This document shows, one piece after another, positions 40,436 to 53,556 of a stretch of DNA of 64,000 bases. The stretch spans positions 2,728,001-2,792,000 of the forward strand of contig CM075989.1 of the NCBI GenBank assembly GCA_038087875.1. Direction: 5' to 3'. How positions within the stretch are numbered: position 1 is the first letter of the stretch; each line of letters starts with the position of its first letter. The notes under the pieces were generated by a model. It made no database searches. It was not told the DNA's origin and saw only the letters and a program-made list of their open reading frames with translations. The position numbers and the translations under genes are program-made. Origin of the DNA: Malacoraja senta (Eukaryota).

Positions 40436-40742
40436 AGGGCGCAGCGGTAGAGTTGCTGCCTCACAGCACCAGAGACCCGGGTTCGATCCTGACTACGGGT
40501 GCTGTCGGTACGGAGTTTGCACGGTACGTTCTCCTCATGAACGCATGGGTTTTCACCAAGACCTTCGGTTTCCTCCCACGCTCCAAAGAGGCACAGGTTT
40601 GTAGATTAATTCGCTTGGTATCAATGTAAAAATTGTCCCCAGTGCGAGTTGGATAGTGTTAATGTGCAGGAATTGCTGGTCGGCATGGACTCGGTGGGCA
40701 GAAGGGCCTGTTTCCGCGCTGCATCTCTAAACTAAACTAAAC
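40436..40742 (+). mobile_element. HE1/V-SINE
   Basis: gcgcagcggtagagttgctgcctcacagcaccagagacccgggttcgatcc; (ctaaa)n. Confidence 0.88.
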
Positions 40743-41859
40743 TCAAATTTCTGTGCATTTTGAAATGTGGTCTACCTGAGGTTGGAGTGACAGTGGGGAG
40801 ACTGAGAAAGACTGGTCCTGCTCCATAGCCCTAGGTTATCAGGTTCCTTAACAACCAACAATTAATCAGTTCCCCTGTTGAAAATTTGCCATGTAAATGT
40901 TATGATATGTGATGGATTATTAAAAAATGCAAAATCCTGTTCAAATTTCCTAACGTACCTCTTCATTTTTCTGTTTCTTCTGTCATATTTGGCTTGCAGT
41001 CTTCAACTTACATCTTTGTTCAGTGTCATATCTGCAATTCAGTTGAACACTTTTACTTTGAATTATGCCATTGAAGCAAATTCATAGTTGATCATTTTGT
41101 AAACCATGCATATGATTTTTAAATTATGTACTTTCTCCTTAACGTCAATTATGATAAATTCTCAGATATTTTCTTCACTTAGTCAATGAAAAATGCGTGT
41201 GGTAATTATTATTTGTAAAGATGAAGTGAAGTTCAATGTTGCAGCATCCGAATCTAGAATTGGATCAGAATCTAGAATATCTTCTCCAGGTTGTCCTAGA
41301 TGTGAGGGCAGTCACGGTAGAGTTGCTGCCCTACAGCGAATCCCACGGGGAGAAAGTACAAACTCTGTACAGACAGAACCCGTAGTCGGGATCGAACCAG
41401 GGTCTCTGGTGCTGCATTCGCTGTAAGGCAGCAACTCTACTGCTACGCCACCGTGACCGCCCTCCTTCGTTCTCCTCAATAAAGTACTGAGCTCGTTGGA
41501 ATAGCCCAAACGTCCTCTCAGAGCAGACATCTGACCTGACCCATATAGTTGGATAGCCAAGCCTGCAAGTGGACACAACACATTACATTTTTCATGGACA
41601 ATGCAATATTGATAATAGGTTTCCATTACAGATTTATTTAATTAATTTAACTGAATTTAAATCACCATTACTAGTCCAACAATACAACCATCCTTGAAGA
41701 TGAGAGGGGAAAGATGAATAAGAATCTGAGAAGCAACTTGTTCACACAGAGGGCGGTGGGTATTTGGAACTAGCTGCCAGAGGAGGTAGTTGAGGCAGGT
41801 ATGGAACATCACTAAAAAGACATTTGAACAGATGTATGGATTGAAACCATGTGGCCAAA

Positions 41860-42345
41860 TGTTTCCAGACTGATTCCTGGGATGTCAGGACTTTCATATG
41901 AAGAAAGACTGGATAGACTTGGCTTATACTCGCTAGCATTTAGGAGATTGAGAGGGGATCTTATAGAAACGTATAAAATTCTTGTGGGGTTGGACAGGCT
42001 AGATGCAGGAAGATTGTTCCCGATGTTGGGGAAGTCCAGGACAAGGGGTCACAGCTTAAGGATAAGGGGGAAATCCTTTAAGACCGAGATGAGGAAAAAC
42101 TTTTTCACACAGAGAGTGGTGAATCTCTGGAACTCTCTGCCACAGAGGGTAGTTGAGGCCAGTTCATTGGCTATATTTAAGAGGGAGTTAGATGTGGCCC
42201 TTGTGGCTAAGGGGATCAGGGGGTATGGAGAGAAGGCAGGTACGGGATACTGAGTTGGATGATCAGCCATGATCATATTGAATGGCGGTGCAGGCTCGAA
42301 GGGCCGAATGGCCTACTCCTGCACCTATTTTCTATGTATCTATGT
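41860..42345 (+). mobile_element. CR1/HER1-type LINE 3' end, frame intact
   Basis: LIPGMSGLSYEERLDRLGLYSLAFRRLRGDLIETYKIL...TRGHSL...FFTQRVVNLWNSLP. Confidence 0.92.
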
Positions 42346-42959
42346 AAATGCAGGTAAATAGGACTGGTGTAGATGGGACATGTTGGTCAGCATGGGCAAG
42401 TTGGGGTGAAGGGCCTGTTTCCATATTGCATGACTCTAATTAAATAGGATTAGATTAGTGTAGGATTTGTGTAAATTGGTGCAGACTGGATGGGTCAAGG
42501 GGCCTATTTCTGTGCCGTATCACTCTATGTTACTGTATCAGGAGACTGCAGAATTTAATAAAGAAAGTAGGGTGTGCACCTGGAACTGAATCCTGGGTGC
42601 TATGCAGACTGGGCCAGAACAAAAGCTTATTGAGACAGACAAGACCTTGAGGAGGCATTACAGGTAGATATCAGGACTGTTTCATTCATGGGAGAGTCTC
42701 CAACAAGGGACACAGACAAGTGGTTAGTTATTCAAATCTAAAGTCTGTAGAAGTTTATTTATGCAGAGGGTAAGAACGTTAAATTTAAGGTGGAGGTTGA
42801 TATATTTTTGAAAGATCAGGGAACTGAAGGCTATGAAGAATTAGCACAGTAAAGGAGTTGAGGCTAGCATTCAGCTATGATCATATTGAATGGTGGGGCA
42901 AGTTCTGGAGACGAGGTGGCCTACTCCAGCTTCAATATCCCTGAGTCCTTTCAAGAAAT

Positions 42960-43530
42960 ATTCAGTTCATGTGCCAGCCTTGAGTTGGGTCTCCGTGCCT
43001 GGTACTGCTACTTTATGTTGCCGATGTTGGGGGAGTCCAGAATCAGGGGCCACAGTTTAAGAATAAGGAGCAAGCCATTTAGAACGGAGACGAGGAAATA
43101 CTTTTTCTCACAAAGAGTGGTGAGTGTGGAATTCTCTTCCTCAGAGGGTGGTGGAGGCAGGTTCTCTGGATGCTTTCAGGAGAGAGCTAGAAAGGGCTCT
43201 TAAAAATAGCGGAGTCAGGGGATATGGGGAGAAGGCAGGAACGGGGTACTGATTGGGGATGATCAGCCATGATCACATTGAATGGCGGCGCTGGCTCGAA
43301 GGGCCGAATGGCCTACTCCTGCACCTATTGTCCATTGTCTATTGTCTATTTATGTGCCATCTTGACTTGGATCTCCATGTCTTGTACGCCCAGTTCATGT
43401 GCCAGCCTTGAGTCGGGTCTCCACGCCTGGTACACCTAGTTCAAGTGCAAGCCCTGACTTTGATCTCCATGCTTGGTAGACAGTCCACATGCCAGCCTTG
43501 TCTTGGATCTCCGTACCTGCCAGGCCCTGT
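42960..43530 (+). repeat. Degenerate ~45-bp minisatellite (about five units) split by a CR1 fragment (~43015-43350)
   Basis: Unit similar to cagttcatgtgccagccttgagtcgggtctccacgcctggtacacc at 42963 and 43350-43525. Confidence 0.75.
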
Positions 43531-43888
43531 TCCACATCCCATGATCACATACGTAACTCATTCTGGTGAAAGTATTTATGTGTTGAAAAGCTAAAAAGAA
43601 TCTGAGGAACGAGAGATGCAGCAGCAATCTGTGTGAAAATCAGTTGGAACACATTCTCTCCCTATCTGACAACTTTAGCACATTCTTATAAATAAGCTGG
43701 AACAAGCAGGTGATTGGCAGTCAGACATTACTGAAGGTAACACTGTTAGAGTTCTGGGTTAACATCAGCCGCAGGTACAGTAGCTGATGTAACGCAGCAA
43801 TCCGATGTGTTGAAAGATTAGATAGGTGCTTTGTAAGACAGAGGGTAATAAGATGGCAACCTGGAAGAATAAAGGTGAGGACTTTGTT

Positions 43889-44250
43889 GGGGGGATGCTA
43901 GTTGAAGAGTTGGTATGTCCCATTTACGTAATGCTCATAAAAATATTTGTTTCTCTCTTTTTCCTCTTTCTCTTTCTCTTTCTTTTCTAGGGTCTATTTC
44001 TTAACTCTTTTTCTTTTGTTTTTTTAATTTTGCTCTTATAGGGTCTTCGTCCGTCTTTGTTGTCACATTTTCTACACTTTCACTTTTTCCTTCACTTTCT
44101 TCTTTCTTTCAATCTTTTCTTTTTCTAGTGTAAAAAAGAAATGGAGTACATTAATTGTAAGAAGACATAAGTGACGAGTACTAATGTATGTGGTTGTAAT
44201 GTAATGTACTTCTAATAAATAAAAATTAAAAAAAAAAAAAAAAAAAAAAA
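43889..44250 (+). mobile_element. L1-type LINE 3'UTR with poly(A)
   Basis: Near-identical to ~50748-51104; aataaa followed by a long A tract. Confidence 0.85.
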
Positions 44251-44640
44251 AGTTATGAATACTATAAAAACGTTATAATAAAACAGGTCAGGCAGCACCT
44301 CTGGAGAACATGGATAGGCAATATTTTGAGTCTTGACCCGAATTGTCATCTATCCATGTTCATCAGAGATGCTGCCTGACTCATCAAGTTACTCCAGCAC
44401 TTTATGTCTTTTTCCCCCCATAAATCAGCATCTGCATTTCCTTGTATCAGATTGTAATGTTCGCTGCTCATTGGGCAATCTTGCTGATATTCAGCTATAT
44501 TTTCTCAATGAACAAATTGCTCTCGTCCACATCTAACAATTGCATTTGTATCGAAATCAGTGTAAACTGTAGAGCAACAATGAATACACAAAGGTTGTCC
44601 TCAGAGATTTGACAGGACTTAAAGGGATAGTGAGCTGTTA

Positions 44641-44905
44641 GCGGCACAGAGGCTCAGTGATGGAGTTGCTGCCTCACAGCGCCAGAGACCTGGGTTCGAT
44701 CCTGTCTGTATAGAGTTTGTACCTTCTCCCGTGACCTCGTGGGTTTTCTCCGGGTGCTCCGGTTTCCTCCCAAACTCCAAAGACGTGCAGGTTTGTAGGT
44801 TAATTGACTTCGGTAAGTTGTAAAATTGTCACGAACGTGTCTCGGTTAGTGTATGGGTGATCGCTTGTTGGTCTGAAGGGCCTGTTTCCGCGCTGTATCT
44901 CTAAA
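44641..44905 (+). mobile_element. HE1/V-SINE
   Basis: Consensus match. Confidence 0.8.
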
Positions 44906-45298
44906 ATCGAACGTCCAAAGATACTACAAGTAAAATACAGGAGGTGTGTCATTAGATTGGTTTCTCGGGAGAGTGTGGTGGATGAAATGTCAGTTTATGG
45001 AGGAAATTCTTGATGTAATGGTGGATTGTAAGGCCTGGGAGAACCTGGAGCTCAGTTCATCATTAGGTAGAATGAAGAGGTGGTGAACAGCTGGTGAGTG
45101 CCACTCTAATGCTACTCTAGAAGCTGGGCTCTACAGGACATAGCAGCACAGTTGACAGGTTACCAATCCACAACCATTCACCAACACACAGTAGCAGCAG
45201 TTCCTCAGACTGAGGGACAGTCTTCAGTCAGCACCTTCCAAGCCCATGTCCTGGGAGGTGTGGACTCCTTCTCCAGAGATGCTGCCTGACCCGCTGAA

Positions 45299-45527
45299 CA
45301 GGGCCGTCATAACAGCATTACAGGCCCCCGGGCAAAGCAGTGCACTGGGGCCCCTACACTTCCAGTTTCTTTATGCCAAATCAAATATGCCGTCATGCAC
45401 TTGCGATGTCCTTCTCCGTTTTCATGTTCTGCAATAATATTCTACAATACATAGATTAGCATGGGGCCCCTATGCTGGTGGGGCCCCGGGCAACTGCCCA
45501 GCTTGCCCATGCGTTAAGACGGCCCTG
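45299..45527. mobile_element. hAT-type MITE inserted in a PLE fragment
   Basis: 15-bp TIRs cagggccgtcataac / gttaagacggccctg; degenerate 8-bp TSD ccgctgaa / ctgctgag; internal ggggcccc motifs. Confidence 0.82.
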
Positions 45528-47265
45528 CTGCTGAGTAACTCCAGCACTGTGTGTCTTTTTACAGAAGGGCAGAGATGGGTGAGGGCCGGAGATGGGTGCA
45601 GATGTACCACAGACGCGGGCACCAAGTGGGTAGCACTTCTTCCTTTGCGTTCAGCGGCAGCGAGGTTATGAACCTGGCTCGGGGCTCAGCGGGTCCACAG
45701 TGTGCTCACACTCATCGGTAATGTCAGTTCAGCGGTAGGTGCAGGCTGATCCACCTCTCCCAGTGGAGTCAACAAACGATGGGGAGCAGGGAGAGCTCGC
45801 CAGAGCCACTGGCAGTCAACGTGAGCCTCAAGGCTCAGTGGGGATTACAGAAACTGATGAGGCTGCGGCAATGTGGGCATCAGGATGGCACCACGTCATT
45901 CAGCTATCAATATGCCTTCCGAAAGGGATCTGAATTTAGTCCAGTCAGCACCACTGAAATTAGGCCCACAGTAATGCTCAGATTCACTATTAAGCTGATT
46001 GATTTCCCAACTGCACGGAACATATTCCAATTTTAAACATATTGCTTCAAAACCACTTTGCCAAATGTCAAAACTAAACCGATGGAGATGGAGTCACGGG
46101 AAACTGAAGACGTTGAAACCTTGATTGAGCAAACCACAGTGTGCCGGAAGAACTCAGCAGGTCCGGCAGCATCTGTGGTGGGAATGGACAGGCGACGTTT
46201 CTGATCGCAACCCTTCTTCAGTCTGATTGTAGTAGGGGAGAGAAAGCTGGAAAAGAGCGCTGGAGGTTGAGACAAAGCCTTGTAAGTGACGGGGGAATTA
46301 ATGTAAGGATAGATGGGTGGAATAAGTGACAAAAGCTAAAGGTGAAAGGAGATAAAAGGGTGTCAGATAAGGAGAGGAATGAAATGTAAAGCCGGAGGGA
46401 GGGATATGTGTGGAAGGGGACGGGGGGAAGAGAAAAGAGGGGAGATGAAAGGAAAATATGGGGCTCTGGAATAGGAGATGAGTGTACAGAGGAGTGGATA
46501 GGAACAGGGTAACTGTCTTATGTTACAGATACAACATGGAAAGAGGCTCTTTAGCTCTTGAGTCCAGGCCAACCCACTCACTCATAATTCTACTGCATCC
46601 TATTTTCTCATCCACTCCACGCACTAGGGGCAAGTCACAGCGGCCAAATAACCTACAACCCCCCACCTCTTTGGGATGTGGGAGGAAACCAGAGCACCCG
46701 GAGGAAACCAACACAGTCACAAGGGAGAACATGCAAACACCACACTGACAGCAGCCAAGGTCAGAATGGTGGTGGGAGAATTGTGTACACTCTGAGGTGG
46801 GGGTGCAGGGGAAAGAGAGAGGTCAGAGGTGTGCGGGTTGTTCCTTGAGATTGGAGAACTCACTGTTGATTCACTTGTGCTACCCGAGCGGAATATGAGG
46901 CGCTGTTCTTTCATGGGAGACACAAGCTGGAGTAACTCAGCGGGACAGGCAGCATCTCTGGAGAGAAGGAATGGGTGACGTCTTGGGTCGAGACCCTTCT
47001 TCAGACTCCAGAAAGAATTGTGTTGTTGCAGATTCTCTTCACAAGGCCCACATTCTGGTTGTGTAATCGCATAAAATAGACGCAGGGCCAAGCTGGTCAT
47101 CCTTTTTACTTTTCCCATTGTCACTTCCAACCAAGTAAATGCCAAGGGAGATGTTACCCAAGCCACCGGTTGGCTGTTGCCCACTTTGCACCTTTCTGCC
47201 AAATTAGTATTTAATTAAAGTCAATAGTCAATTATAAAAAACATCAGATGCAATGATGTCACCTA

Positions 47266-47705
47266 ATAATAATAATAATAATATTAATATCTTTTATTGT
47301 CATTGCACAGAGGTACAACGAGATTTGGTATGCAGCTTCCATCCGATGTCATAACTTAATTAGCTAAAAATTTAGACACCCAGAGAAACAAGATTTAAAA
47401 AACCCCAGTTAAAACAGTATAAAGTGCAAATAGGTCTGTGCCGGGTCGATGTGAGACGTGACCATCCGAGGGGGACAGTCCATGGGGGGGGCACTCAGCA
47501 GGGCTGGTTCAGAACAGCTATAGCTCTGGGGATGAAGCTGTTCCTAAGTCTGGAGGTGCGGGCGCAGAAGGCCTTGTAACGTCTGCCGGATGGTAGAAGT
47601 TCCAACAGACTATTGCAAGGGTGTGAGGAGTCTTTGTGAATGCTGACGGCCTTCCTGAGGCACCGTGTATTGTAGATGCCCTCCAAGGCTGGTAGCTGTG
47701 CAAAT
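47266..47705 (-). mobile_element. Rex1/Babar-type LINE 3' fragment with (TTA)n tail
   Basis: LPALEGIYNTRCLRKA...HP...LLPSGRRY...TSRLRNSFIPRAI. Confidence 0.85.
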
Positions 47706-47959
47706 GATATCTGTAACAAGGTTTAGACAGCTTGCAATGGTGGAAGTGAAAGGCAAAACAAGCTGAGGGGAGCAGTGAAAGAGAGGGATGGAGAGACATA
47801 CTGAAACCAATGGGCGAAGCCACAAAATGGGCGGATAAAAGATATGAAAGGGAGATGGGAATAACAAGAGGTGGAAAGTGATGGGGGAGGTGGAGAGAGG
47901 AGTTGGTGGTCGAGGGAGTCATGGACAGAGCACAGTAAAATAAAAAAGTTGATGCCTTA

Positions 47960-48246
47960 AGGGCCTGACCCACTAACGCGACCTTTACAGGCGACTGCCG
48001 GCACCCGTGATAGGTTGCTGAAATTTTCAACATGTTGAAAATTCAGCGACGACCAGAAAGACGCTACGACCCTTTGGAGACCTCTCACGACCATAGGAGA
48101 CCTCTCACGACCGTGGTCGTGAGAGGTCTCCTATGGTCGTGAGAGGTCTCCTATGGTCTTGAGAGGTCTCCAAAGAGTCGTAGCGTCTTTCTGGCCGCCG
48201 GGTGCCGGCAGTCGCCTGTAAAGGTCGCGTAAGTGGGACAGGCCCT
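47960..48246. mobile_element. Non-autonomous PIF/Harbinger fold-back element
   Basis: ~48-bp TIRs agggcctg(a/t)cccact(a/t)acgcgacctttacaggcgactgccggcacccg; TSD TTA (47957-47959) / TCA (48247-48249); internal inverted 20-bp repeats. Confidence 0.88.
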
Positions 48247-48527
48247 TCACAGTGCCAGAGACCAGGGTTCGATCCCGACTCTGGGTGCTGTCTGTACGGA
48301 GTTTGTACCTTCTCCCCGAGACCTGCGTGGGTTTTCTCCGAGATCTTCGGTTTCCTCCCGCACTCCAAAGACGTACAGGCTTGTAGGTTAATTGGCTTGG
48401 TGTAAATGTAATTTGTCCCTGGAGTGTGTCGGATAGTGCTAAAGTGCAGGGATCGCTCATCGGCACGGACTCGATGGGCCAAAGGGCCTGCTTCCCCACT
48501 GTATCTTTAAACTAAACTAAACTAAAC
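48247..48527 (+). mobile_element. HE1/V-SINE body downstream of the Harbinger insertion (head remnant aagttgatgcc at ~47946-47956)
   Basis: tca-cagtgccagagaccagggttcgatcc...(ctaaa)n. Confidence 0.85.
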
Positions 48528-49594
48528 CAAGAAAATCAGAGTTGCGGAGATCAGTAAATGGCAGAGAGAAGGCAAAGAGTGCAAAGTTATAAACATTTAA
48601 AGCTCCATCAGTGGCAGCACTTTAAGAGATTGCAAAGCAAGTCTGAGGAAGGCAGAGGGCCCCAGAGCTTTTGAAAATGGAGTCTTTTATCTCTGCCTTC
48701 TAAACTGACCCAAAATGAGAGGGCAGGACTCACTGCTGAGTGTCGAAGTACCTCGATGCGCAGCCCAAAAACAAAAATCAGATCCCAGTAGGGGGCTGCC
48801 TGCCCCGTAAACCATCCTATAATTTGACACTAATTGGCACTAACTGTCACTAAACCACTTTAGTCAGAATAGCCCCAGGATGGATGGTGAGCTTGTGAGT
48901 CAGGATGACCAATGGTCTATCCAGCCTTTTCGCTCGTCTCCCGTGCAAGAGACCTTTCAGGGGCTTGGTCTGATCCCATTAGTGGCAGAACAGCAAACAC
49001 CAGCGAATGCAATGTGTGGCTCTGGCTGAGGAATTAGAGAGCTTTGTGGTTCCAACAGTTCTCTCTTTCTCCTTTATGATATTGGTCATTAAAAATTCAG
49101 TGAGTTTTGTTTCCCCGAATGTTTTTAAGAAGCAGGATGTTTTTTTTTTTTAATTTTAAAGGGAGTGAGCTTCTCTTCGCAGCTGAAGAGCTGCGGTTGA
49201 TGCTTTCGATGGGAAACCTCAGAGCATTATCTGCTGTGCGAGAGTGTTTGAGGAGACAAGTGTGCCCGGGGCAGCTCACTAATAGTGCCATCTCTTGGGC
49301 AGTCCATCCAACTGCAGGGGCTGCAGGATGCCAAGTGTTGACGTGGGCAGCAGTCTCACTGCGCCAGAGACACGGGTTTGAATCAGACCGCGGGTGCTGT
49401 GTGTGTGGAGTTCACACGTTCACCCTGTGACCGTGTGGGTTTCCTCCGGGTGCTCCTGCCTGCTCTTACATCCCAAAGACGTGTGGGTTTATTGGTTAAT
49501 TGGCCTCTGTAAATTGCCCCAAGTGTGTAGGGAGTGGATGAGACAACGGGATAACATGGAACTCATGTGAAGGGATGATTGGTGGTCAGTTGTT

Positions 49595-49780
49595 CAAGAA
49601 GGAACTGCAGATGCTGCAAAATCGAAGGTAGACAAAAGTGCTGGAGAAACTCAGCGGGTGCGGCAGCATCTATGGAGCGAAGGAAATAGGCAACGTTTCG
49701 GGCCGAAACGTTGCCTATTTCCTTCGCTCCATAGATGCTGCCGCACCCGCTGAGTTTCTCCAGCAATTTTGTCCACCTAC
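49595..49780. mobile_element. Penelope-like fold-back insertion (76-bp arms, 49626-49778, centre 49702)
   Basis: caacgtttcgg-g-ccgaaacgttg centre; near-perfect arms; inside a SINE. Confidence 0.88.
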
Positions 49781-50286
49781 TGATCGATGGTCAGCGTGGG
49801 CATGGTGGACTTCAGAGCTCGTTGACATAATATATCTCGGAACTAAAACTAAATATTCTGCGCACAGTTGTTGGGGTTCCGAGACGGGTATCAGGCTTTG
49901 GGCTGCTGGGATCCAGACCCTCTGGGGAATGGAAGGATGTCAAGGAGTGACCACGCAGCCAACAACTGGAGTGTGGTGATGGTTGACCTAATGATGGGGA
50001 ATGGGGGAAAGCAAGGAAAAGGCATGAGAGGGAAGGAGATGTGTAGAGGTAGCTGGCTGAGAGGGAAGGGGATCAAAGCAGAGTAAAGAGATTGATGGAG
50101 GCAGTTAGATGGTGATATGCTGCCACTCACTCTTAACTCTGGTTCTTTGCTTATTCTGTGATTGCACTTCAGTATTAATTTTGCAAAAATCACAAATGGG
50201 AAAGCAAACTCAATGCCAGCATTTATTTCAAGAGGGCTTTTATATAAAAACAGGGATGCAATGTTGAGGCTTTAAAAGCTCTATAA

Positions 50287-51104
50287 GGCATAACATTTTC
50301 CCAAATGTATCATCTATTTGTGATAAATGTCAATCCCAAGAAGCAACTATAGCGCACTCATTCGTTTCTTGTACAAAAATTCAAAAATTTTGGAATGAAA
50401 TTTTTGAAATCTTTACAAAGTTATTTAACACAAGACTGATACCCAAAGCAGAATGGATTATCTTCGGTATAACGGAAGATGGTCCAGAACTAAATGTGTT
50501 TCAAAAGAAACTAATGGACTATGGGTTAATAACTGGAAAAAAGCTAATTCTAAAATTTTGGAAGAAGGCTCCAATACCAACTATAAATATGTGGATTTCA
50601 AATATGTTTGAAACATTACACCTAGAAGAGATAAGACTCCTCCTAGCAGGTAAACCAGATCACTTCCACCTGACGTGGTCTGCATTTATAGAATTATTAC
50701 AAACATAGGGTGCAAAAGTACTTTAAAAAAAATTGAGGTCAGGTAAGGGGGGATGCTAGTTGAAGAGTTGGTATGTCCCATTTACGTAATGCTCATAAAA
50801 ATATTTGTTTCTCTCTTTTTCCTCTTTCTCTCTCTCTTTCTTTCCTAGGGTCTATTTCTTAACTCTTTTTCTTTTGTTTTTAATTTTGCTCTTATAGGGT
50901 CTTCGTCCTTTTTTGTTGTCACATTTCCTACACTTTCACTTTTTCCTTCACTTTCTTCTTTCTTTCCATCTTTTCTTTTTCTAGTGTAAAAAATAAATGG
51001 AGTACATTAATTGTAAGAAGATATAAATGACAAGTACTAATGTATGTGGTTGTAATGTAATGTACTTCTAATAAAATAAAAATTAAAAAAAATAAAAAAT
51101 AAAA
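50287..51104 (+). mobile_element. L1/Tx1-type LINE, 5'-truncated (ORF2 C-terminal zinc-knuckle region, 3'UTR, poly(A)), inserted in a CR1
   Basis: Stop-free frame 50289-50708 with CDKCQSQEATIAHSFVSC (CCHC), KFWNEIF and KKLILKFWK; TSD aaaagctctataa at 50274-50286 and 51105-51117. Confidence 0.88.
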
Positions 51105-51117
51105 AAAAGCTCTATAA

Positions 51118-51665
51118 CGCCACATTTCGAATATTGCGAGCAATTTTGGGCCCCATATCTGGGGAAGGACGTGCTGGCTCTGGAGAGGGTCCAGAGGAGG
51201 TTTACAAGAATGATCCCAGGAATGAGCAGATTAACCTATGATGAGCGTTTGTCGGCACTGGGCCTGTACTCGCTGGAGTTTAGAAGGATGAGGGGGCACC
51301 TCATTGAATAGTGAAAGGCTTGGATAGAGTGGATGTGGAGAGGATGTTCCCATTAGTGGGAGAGTCTAGAACTAGAGGTCACAGCCTCAGAATTATAGGA
51401 CGCTCTTTTTGGAAGGAGATGAGGAGGAATTTCTTTAGTCAGAGGGTGGTGAATCTGTGGAATTCTTTGCAACAGAAGGCTGTGGAGGCCGTCAGTGGAT
51501 ATTTTTAAGGCAGAGATAGATAGATTCTTGATTAGTACAGGTGCCAGAGGTTATGGGGAGAAGGCAGGAGAATGGTGTTAGGAAGGAGAGATAGTTCAGG
51601 CATGATTGAATGGTGGAATAGACGTGATGGGCCGAATGGCCTACTATTCCTTATGATCTTATGAC
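51118..51665 (+). mobile_element. CR1-type LINE 3' fragment (host of the L1 insertion; its 5' part is at ~50190-50273)
   Basis: LERVQRRFTRMIPGM...YDERLSALGLYSLEFRR; RTRGHSL; FFSQRVVNLWNSL. Confidence 0.88.
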
Positions 51666-52521
51666 CTAATGCAGATTGCACTATAATCTTTGCACCATTC
51701 TGCTGTTTTACACTGATTGCTGTATTTAGTATTGAGTTTCTTCTTACAGTATGTTTAGTTTAGTTTAGTTTATTGCCACGTTTACCGAGGTACAGTGAAA
51801 AGCTTTTGTTGCTTGCTAACCAGTCAGCAGAAAGACAATACGTGATTACAATCGAGCCGTCCACAGTGTAGAGATACACAATAAAGGGAATAACGTGAAT
51901 AATGTTTAGTGCAAGGTAAAGTCCAGTAAGGCCCAAGCAAAGATAGTCGAAGGGTCTCCAGTGAGGTAGATAGTAGCTCAGGACTGCTCTCAAGTTGTAG
52001 AGTTACAGATCACTGTTGAGTGTGAGCTTCAGGGTGAACAAGGAATTGCATCGCATTGTGGCATCTGGGACAATAAACTAATCTAAATCTGACTTGGAAT
52101 TGGAATCTGAGGAAGGGGTTGGGGGGGGGAGGGGGGGGGGGATGCAGGGGCACATGGAGGGGGCTTGAATAGAAACAAGTGCATCTAACCTCCAAATGGC
52201 CACAATGCAAGGTCAAAGGGAAAGTTGGCGGCTTCATGTAAGCAGTCCATAAACGCACCTCCTGCGCTCCCGGAAATCGCCCTGAAGTTCCGTGACCAGC
52301 TGAGGAAGTGGAACGTCATCGATCCCGTGCCACCAGGACACTGGGCCTCGAAGTGAAAATGTAAGAAACTGCTTATCTCCTTGGGCCAAGACTAGGAAGT
52401 TGTAAGCTGGCACAGGAATGTGGTGGGCCTCTGTGTGAGGATCTATTGTACATATATGGTATGATCTGACTGAATAGCATGCAGAACAAGTATCTCGCTG
52501 TATCTCTGTAGAGTGATAAAC

Positions 52522-52812
52522 TCATAGTCAAACAGCGTAGAAACAGGTCCCTCGGCCCAACTTGCCCACACCGGCCAACAAGTCCCATCTACACTAGTGC
52601 CCCCTGCCTGCGTTTGGCCCATATACCTCTAAACCTGCTCTATCCATGTACATATGGTCTAAATGTTTCTTAAACGTTGCAATAGTATCTGCCTCAACTA
52701 CATTCTCTGGCAGCTCGTTCCATACACGCACCACCCTATGTGTGAAAAAGTTACCCCTCAGATTCCTATTAAATCTTTCCCCCCTCACCTTAAACCTATG
52801 TTCTGTGGTTCT
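52522..52812 (-). mobile_element. CR1-type LINE 3' fragment
   Basis: RGERFNRNLRGNFFTHRVVRVWNELPENVVEA. Confidence 0.82.
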
Positions 52813-53267
52813 AAATCGTACATGTGACTATAATGAACTGAACTACTAAACGACAATATCAATGGCTCAATGGTTCCTTATTGTCACATGTACTGAGGTA
52901 CAGTGTTATATCTGTTTGCATACAGTTCAGTACCAATATTATTATACATTAGGGACAATCAGACTTAATCACACTGTGGCGAGCACACAAGAGTCTTGTA
53001 CCCTTGGAGTTCAGAGTTGTTAAAGATGTTGAGTCTTCATTTGGCCATAATGGCCACTCACCTGGTGATGACATGGGTTGGACTTGGCAAGGAGATGAGT
53101 TAATGTCCTCTACCGCTGCTTCATCGCTCCGTGCACTGTGGTCGCATCGTGCATCTTTGTTTAGAATGTGTGAATTTCTACATCCACCTGTCTGCCTAAT
53201 TCATCCTTGTCTCCAGCTCCCCTGGACTGTCTGACCATTGGGCCAACACCCTTGGTCCAGGTAGCCT

Positions 53268-53556
53268 ATTTTAGAGGTACAGTGCGGAAACGGGCCCATC
53301 GGCCCACCGAGTCTGCACTAACCAGCGATCTCCGCACACTAACACCATCCTACACGAGGGACAATTTTTACATTTATACCAAGCCAATTAACCTATGTCT
53401 TTGGGGTGTGGGAGGAAACCAAAGTTCTCTGAGAAAACCCCACCCAGGTAACGGGGAGAACGTACAAACTCCGTACAGATAGCCCCCTATAGTCAGGATC
53501 GAACCCGGGTCTCTGGCGCTGTAAGGCAGCAACTCTACCGCCGTGCCACCGTGCCA
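53268..53556 (-). mobile_element. HE1/V-SINE
   Basis: Reverse-complement consensus. Confidence 0.82.

Noticed and set aside
42960..43530. Regularly spaced repeats considered as a CRISPR-like array
   Set aside because: Degenerate head-to-tail minisatellite without unique spacers, in vertebrate DNA with no cas genes
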